This document shows positions 1 to 64,000 of a DNA stretch of 64,000 nt, one piece after another. The notes under the pieces were generated by a model. That model was not told the DNA's origin. It saw only the letters and a list, made by a program, of their open reading frames with translations, and made no database searches. Made by a program: the position numbers and the translations under genes. This DNA comes from Octopus sinensis (taxonomy: Eukaryota). Positions within the stretch are counted from its first letter, which is position 1, and every line of letters begins with the position of its first letter. The stretch is taken from positions 35,898,001-35,962,000 of the forward strand of contig NC_043006.1 of assembly GCF_006345805.1 (NCBI RefSeq). The letters are read 5' to 3'.

Positions 1-815
1 ATCTAAAAAGAGTCGTCTTCTTAGACAGTAGGGAATGAATTGGGAGAGATTTTCCAGTTCTTTCACGCATTTGAAGTGATCTCCCAGACACATCCTGCTT
101 GGTTATAAAAAGATCAATAAAGTAGGTACCAGCTACGTACTGGGGGAAGATAGATTTTTGGTAATTCCTTCGGAGGAACCCCATTTCGACCTCTTGTATT
201 CACAATCGTATTCTTTGGGTCATTACCTAGCATTTTCTTAGTGCCGATATCAGTAGTGCTATGATACTTATGCTTTTGTAAGTTCAAATTTTGTAACAAT
301 TTTATTTGATTTTCTTTGAAGGTTCTGATATCGAAACGTAAGAAATAAGATGAATTTTGAGGTACGTAACGTTTATTTTTTTTTTCCCGTCATTTTAAAT
401 TTCCAGTGGTTAACTCCATTAGTTCGTTTCAACAGCTTGCTGAAGTTGATCAAATTACATCGACAGCTGGAAACTTTAAGCCATGTATAGCTGAGTTAAA
501 TTATATAAAATAGGTAGGGTAAAATTCAAGCTGTCCTCTTGGGGCGTATTCGCATTCCAGTATTACAATACAATATGTAGTTTGTGAAATACGCATTAGT
601 TAACATTTCTGAAAATATTCTTTTTTACTCTAGGCACAAGACTCGAAATTTTGGGGTAGGAGGCCAGTCAGTTAGATCGACTCCAGTACGCAACTGGCAT
701 TTAATTTTTCGACCCCGAAAGGCTGAAAGGCACAGTCGACCTCAGCGGAATTTGAACTCGGAACGTAATGACGGAGTTGGAAGAAATATTTTTAGTATTA
801 TGTATTCACCACTAA

Positions 816-1430
816 GGCGGCGAACTGGCAGAATCGTTAGCACGCTAGTCGAAATTTTTAGCGGTATTTTGTCTACCGCTACGTTCTGAGTTCAAATTCC
901 GCCGAGGTCTACTTAACCTTTCATCCTTTCGGGGTCGATTAAATAAGTACCAGTTACGCACTGGGGTCGATGTAATCGACTTAATCCCTTTGCCTGTCCT
1001 TATTTGTCCCCTCTATGTTTAGCCTCTTGTGGGCAATGAAGAAATAAGAAATGTTAGCACGCCGGGCGAAATTCTTTGCGGTATTTCGTCTGCCGTCACG
1101 TTCTGAGTTCAAATTCCGCCGAGGTCGACTTTGCCCTTTATCCTTTCGGGGTCAATTAAATAAGTACCAGTTACGTACTGGGGTCGATATAATCGACTTA
1201 ATCCGTTTGTCTGTCCTTGTTCGTCCCCTCTGTGTGTAGCCCCTTGTGGGTAATAAATAAACAGGTATTTCGTCTGCCGTTACGTTCTGAGTTCAAATTC
1301 CGCCGAGGTCGACTTTGCCTTTCATCCTTTCGGAGTCGATTAAATCAGTACTAATTGTGTACGGGTGTCGATTAATTGACTGGCGCCCTCCCCTCAAAGT
1401 TCAAACTTTGTACCAATAGTAGAAAAAATT
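816..1430 (+). mobile_element. tRNA-derived SINE family A, tandem trimer
   Basis: Head ggcggcgaactggcagaatcgttag; B-box-like gagttcaaattcc; core gtcgactttgcctttcatcctttcggggtcga; units end gtgggcaat..gaaataag. Confidence 0.85.
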
Positions 1431-2100
1431 GTTTATTCACCATCGTGTCTAAAAAGACACAAGCGGTCACGTGATTTGCTTGTGTCTTTTTATCTTGACT
1501 TGGCTTTGGGCAGGGTGTTTCTTATTTTTTAACAGAGGGAGTAATACGAAAGAGAATTATGTGCAGTGTAGGCAGAGGAGAAAGGTGATTGTACATGGAA
1601 GGGGAATGGAGAAAGGCCAGAAAAAATGTATGTTTGTAGACTGTGTGTTATCCGTCTGTCTCTTTCTCTGTCTTTTTGCTTTTGTTTGTTTGAAATTGCT
1701 ACTAGATCTTCGTGAAGTCAGACACCAATCAGCATCTAAAAAGAATAATGAAGAGTACTTGCAGCATCAAATGGGTACTCAAAGATGTAATTTTCTTTTA
1801 TATTATTATAACAGTCGGTGTCACTTCTTTTAGCTGTTTGGCTCTTATATATTATGTACCGTCTTCAAAGACAAGTTTCGTGTAATATATATTTGGGGCG
1901 AATGATTACTCGCCTCTCGCTAAACAATAATGTCTTTTGCTTATAATCGCATCCCACAACTCTCTTTGCATTAGTATCGTCAACGTGATGGATTATCTCT
2001 TTGTTCATCAAACCCAGCATGTAAAGGCTTCCTATTTTATTCATATGAATGTCATAAGCTTAAAAGTAAAATTTCCTTTTGAATAATTTTGTCTGCCCAA

Positions 2101-2695
2101 GGCCCGTAATTTTGAGGGAGAGGGACAGTCGATTAGGCTGACTTCAGTAAGCAACTATTACTTAATTTATCGACCCCGTAAGGATGAAAGGCAAAGTCGA
2201 CCTCTGAGGAATTTCAACTCAGAATGTAAAGACAGATGAAATGCTACTTAACTTTTCGCCCGGCTTGCTAACGTTTCTGATTTCTTTATTGCCCACAAGG
2301 TGCTAAACATAGAGGGGACAAACAAGGATAGACAAAGAGATTAAGTCAATTATATCGATCCCAGTGCGTAACCTGTATTTATTTAATCGACCCCGAAAGA
2401 AGAAAGGCAAAGTTGACTTCGGCGGAATTTGAACTCAGAACATAAAGACAGATGAAAAACCTATTTCTTTACTACCCACAAGGGGCTAAACATAGAGAGG
2501 ACAAACAAGGACAGACAAACAGATTAAGTCGATTATATCAACCCCTAGTACGTAACTGGTACTTAATTTATCGACCCCAAAAGGATAAAAGGCAAAGTCG
2601 GTCTCGACGGAATTTGAACTCAGAACATGAGGACAGAAGATATACCGTTTAGCATTTTGCCCGGTGTGCTACCGTTTCTGCCAGCTCGCTGCCTT
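2101..2695 (-). mobile_element. SINE family A, tandem trimer (minus)
   Basis: Reverse complement of the same core three times. Confidence 0.85.
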
Positions 2696-4234
2696 AATTT
2701 GCTTTTGAATAATGACAGCATTGTGGTCTTTTTGAAATTGCTAATGTTGGTTTTGTGGCGTAGATAAAAGATTAGACAAGCAGCCATCCACTGTTTAGTG
2801 ACAATTAGAGAAATTAATGCTGATTGTTTCAGAAGGCCGGTGATGGTTTCTGTCAAAAGTACATTACTGAGTGTGACTTTAGAATTAATAAAAAATATGT
2901 TACGTTATAATTTGCATGAATATTAAAATGAACAGATTTGCAAGCTATCGTTTCGGTCATTTACTTGTATAATGAATGCTATGTCGGGCATAAATCTATT
3001 CGGATATTCATTTGACTATACGCCTATTATCTCCTATCCGCGTCGGTTAAATATCCGCTCGATGAAATAAACGTTGGCCGTCTGTACAAACGATGTCGAT
3101 TGCTGCGTGTGTGGCGAGTGTGTGGTATTTTGTGTTCCGTGCAATGATTCGCTTTTCCATTTAAAGGTACACGGACTAATATACCCCCTTTGCTCTAGTT
3201 AATTCATGAAATTATCAACGCAATCCATTATTTCTAGGCAGCACACAAACTTTACATTGGTCCGTTAAGCAAAGACAAGGAAGTCAACGTCGGATCTGAA
3301 ACTAGGATGCACGACTTATTAGCAATGACAGTCAAATCTCCTCCTCAATTTGCTCCATTCCATGTTAACGAAGTATTAGATATCGTAGTACACGATGCAG
3401 TCTGAAAGCAGGAACGACTGAGACCTGCTTGATCAGGGATGGCTTGAAATATAATTAAATACAAGTGAATAAGACTCTATAGTGGGAAAAAACTAGCGAT
3501 CTCACAGTCCCATTTAAATGCTGGTGAATGTCTTAGTAAATACCCACTTTCTATAACAGTTGTTCTGATGTTGCATTCATGACAGTAAGGTCATAGTTTC
3601 GATTTCCGGACCGAGCGGTGCGCTGTGTTCTTGAGCAAAACACTTCATATCACGCTGCTCCAGCCGACTCTGTTTTAAGTGACTATCTGTGCGACGGACT
3701 GACCTCCCATCAAGGAGGAATGTTATAATCTCGGTCGGTCATACATCATGAAAACCTGATAACCGAGTTCCAGGACTTGAGACAGGATTGTCCTGGGGAC
3801 GTATTCCACTTATAATCTCTCTTCCAATACGTTTATTCTTATTTATTCTTTATCGAGTAGGCCCATCATTAAAGATGTTCCAGCAGTAACCACACCCTCA
3901 ATCGAAGTCTACATTATTTAATGACCTTTTACCTAAGATAGTCGCATGTAGCTTTAGTGAAAGATACATGGCCTTTATTTCTTCTATGTGGAGCAAACAT
4001 AGAAATGTCCCTGAGGGTATACAATATAACTGTAATTATAAATAAACGGCAGAATTCGGTAAGATTATTTCTTTTATGTGGAATATACAGTCTCAAGTAT
4101 TTGTATTTCATGTGAAAGGAGAGAATATATTGAAAAAAATAAAACCAAGCAGCCATGAAGAGACCGTTTCAATATACCAGATCAATTTATAACTTACTTA
4201 TATAACATACCGAATACAGATATATATATATATA

Positions 4235-4420
4235 CTAGCAGTATTGCCCGGTTTTGCAAAATGGTCACATTCAATTCAAAGCGCAGTTCAATTTTCATTC
4301 GCCTAAACTTTAAGTGACCCATTTTTTGTGGTTCTACGATTTGTTGGCTAGGAGGAGATGTTCCGGGAAGTTAAACACACACACACACACAAGTTGAGTT
4401 TTTTATATATATATATATAT
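4235..4420 (-). mobile_element. Short Helitron-like element
   Basis: Minus-strand end ccgggcaatactgCTAG|T is the same as the family above; the other end merges into (TA)n. Confidence 0.45.
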
Positions 4421-4711
4421 AAACGATTATATAGTAGGAGAACAGGACAAGGTTGGATAGGTAAAACTAAATAACGATTCAAGTGTAGATAGCTACACTC
4501 TAGAATAAGGTAAAAATCGGAAGTCGTTAGTATGTGTATGTGTGTGTATATATCGGTGAACTTTCCGGATAAATGATTTGATCGAGATTGTGTGTTGAAA
4601 GCAAAACGTGCAATTTGAAAGAGGCGTATAACCCACCCCAAAACCGCACATTTACTGACCGGTCTCAAATGATTTACACCAAGGTCAAGTCAATGATCGC
4701 ATTTGAATGTG

Positions 4712-4747
<36 letters not shown>

Positions 4748-5040
4748 GTAAATTCTGCGAATTTGCGTACATATGTTTTCTTTACATATGCATGCATACG
4801 TGTGTAGTAGTAATTCGATACAGTTATATAGGATCTAGGTGATGAATAAACTAAATAATTATAATAATAATTGAAAGAAACAGATTTACTGACAATGTAA
4901 GGAAATATATATATATATATATATGCATACACAGACATATATGCGTAGTTATATATATATATATACAGACATATATTCATAGTTTTATATATATATATAT
5001 ATATATATACAGACATATATTCATAGTTTTATATATATAT

Positions 5041-5484
5041 ATTATATAATTAGGGCTTAGTAAAATAAATTACTTTGCCACATACTGAACTTAGTAGAAA
5101 TAGCAGCCAAAAAATTTTTTTAGCTATTTCTACTACTTAAAGAAAATTTCTCTCAGATAATGTTTACTCCAGACAGCTCACGAAGGTTTGGAGGTAAATA
5201 CAGAAAAATATCACAAGTACATAGATCGTTTGAGTACGTCAACGAAAGAAATGCTGATTTTATTTGGCTAATCTTGAAACGTTGACGTACTCAAACGATC
5301 TATGTACTTGTGATATTTTTCTGTATTTACCTCCAAACCTTCGTGAGCTGTCTGGAGTAAACATTATCTGAGAGAAATTTTCTTTAAGTAGTAGAAATAG
5401 CTAAAAAAAATTTTTTGGCTGCTATTTCTACTAAGTTCAGTATGTGGCAAAGTAATTTATTTTACTAAGCCCTAATTATATAAT
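5041..5484. repeat. Near-perfect inverted repeat (arms of about 204 bp, 35-nt spacer)
   Basis: 5041-5244 is the reverse complement of 5280-5484, differing only in the length of one homopolymer as far as I can see. Confidence 0.95.
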
Positions 5485-5573
5485 GCAATATTTTGAATTC
5501 ACCTTAAATGGTCCTTTACATACTGAACACTTGGTGAAATTGATTAATTAATTAATTTTACCCTCAATTATTG

Positions 5574-5621
<48 letters not shown>

Positions 5622-5681
5622 GACAGATATGCATAGTTATATATATATATATATATATACAGACAGACATATATGCATAGT

Positions 5682-5744
<63 letters not shown>

Positions 5745-6303
5745 GAAAGAGAATATGTTGTGATTCGTTGACTGAATTTAGACTTCCTTGTCGTTCTGTT
5801 GCCAAATTAAGTTATATTTAAATTTGGCTGGAAATAGTTGTAGTCGGTTATGGTTCCTTTATTAGTTTTGCTTCGTAGAATTCATAATTTCTTCTCATAT
5901 TTGTTTTATTTATATTATCTATGTTGATGATTAATAATGCTTAACAAAACCCACTTCTCGGCAATTATTAACATCTTTTCTTTTTATTAACGTTATTAGT
6001 CACAATAGACATTTTTACATGAGCAATCTTAAAACTAAACCAAATTTTATTCAGACAATAAGCAAATCTCGGTGGTCACTCTCTTTACACATTACTGCGT
6101 CTTCTTGTCTGTTTTCTTATTATTTTAACTCTTACGTATAAACAATAGGATTTTTTTTTCTATATGCTAATATTTACTGACATACCAGTGAATGGCTAAT
6201 CTGGAAGATGTAAATGGAACCTTACCATTTCCAAGCTAAATACGTCTCGTAAACTCTTACCTTCTGGTGGGGATGTTTACTGACATTAGGAAAAATAATA
6301 ACT

Positions 6304-63199
<56,896 letters not shown>

Positions 63200-64000
63200 A
63201 TCAAAGAAAACAGACAAAAATAAAATGATAGAAAACAAATAAAAGAGAAAACATCTTGGGGGAAAAAATAGTATAAAATTTTAAAATAAATAAAAGCTCT
63301 TCGAAAATGCGGTGTGATAGGGACGGGAGGTGGCCACGCACACACTTACAGATAGACAGATATTTTATTCATTCAATGATAGAGATTGGGCTGCGCCCAT
63401 GCTGGTGCACTAACCTCCGAACATTTCGGTCGATCACATCAACCTTATTACTCGTTCCAGTCAGGTATTTATTTCAGAGATATTTATTCATTGGAAGACC
63501 AAATAAGGTATTTTAAAACGACACCTTTTAATACACCAGGAGCTTACGACAACGAAACGAAATTTGTAAGCACATTCTCACAGGCTTCCTTCAATTTTCA
63601 GGCAAACACATAAATTATACATATTCTATTATTCTTTTATACGTTTTAGCGATGCGGTTGCGATCATGTATGTCATGTGTATATATACATGTATGTGTGT
63701 AAACATAATTATATAAGCATGCGTGAACATTATATATTTGTATAGGTATGTATAAACATGTCCTATAGATATGTAGGACTGCGTATGTGAGTACTTTTAT
63801 ATCATGAAGCTTGACAGTTAGACATTAATATCGCTGCGCGACTTCCCTGACTGTCTGGCGTATTTTGAATATATAAGTTTTCATCAACTCTTTAATTATG
63901 AATATCGTAAGGCTGTGTGTTTGCGAGATTTCAAGTACATACGTGTATGTCATATCGTTAATAAACATTATCTGATGTATAATTCAATAGACACTTGTGT

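Noticed and set aside
310-350. Hammerhead-like tttct...GAAACGTA agaaa and the neighbouring ORF 114-299
   Set aside because: The core and stem II are not satisfiable, and the ORF has no motif I can recognise.

Overview
This is AT-rich eukaryotic genomic DNA, probably from an octopus (inferred from recalled tRNA-derived SINE families and the dense TA/CA microsatellites, not proven). Most of the window is one spliced plus-strand gene for a divergent chitin synthase (GT2). I reconstructed 13 coding exons (6304-63199) by hand; all introns are GT-AG and all phases agree, giving about 1251 aa. The KKRWSQ, DAD, QxFEY, GEDRW, QRRRW and SWGTR motifs are intact, no myosin head is seen, and the catalytic domain carries an insertion of about 165 aa. 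The first coding exon is the least certain part of the model. The introns hold a near-complete Penelope-like retroelement (RT plus GIY-YIG) with two direct pseudo-LTRs and one inverted copy, a dead CR1-type LINE, a 10.6 kb TA/GATA satellite, two long inverted repeats, and many SINEs, MITEs and Helitron-like elements. The most interesting signals are four minimal type-I hammerhead-like motifs with a compensatory U3:A8 core, two of them sense to the host pre-mRNA, and a possible 144-aa overlapping upstream ORF across exons 1-4. All alignments and folds were done by eye and no database search was run.
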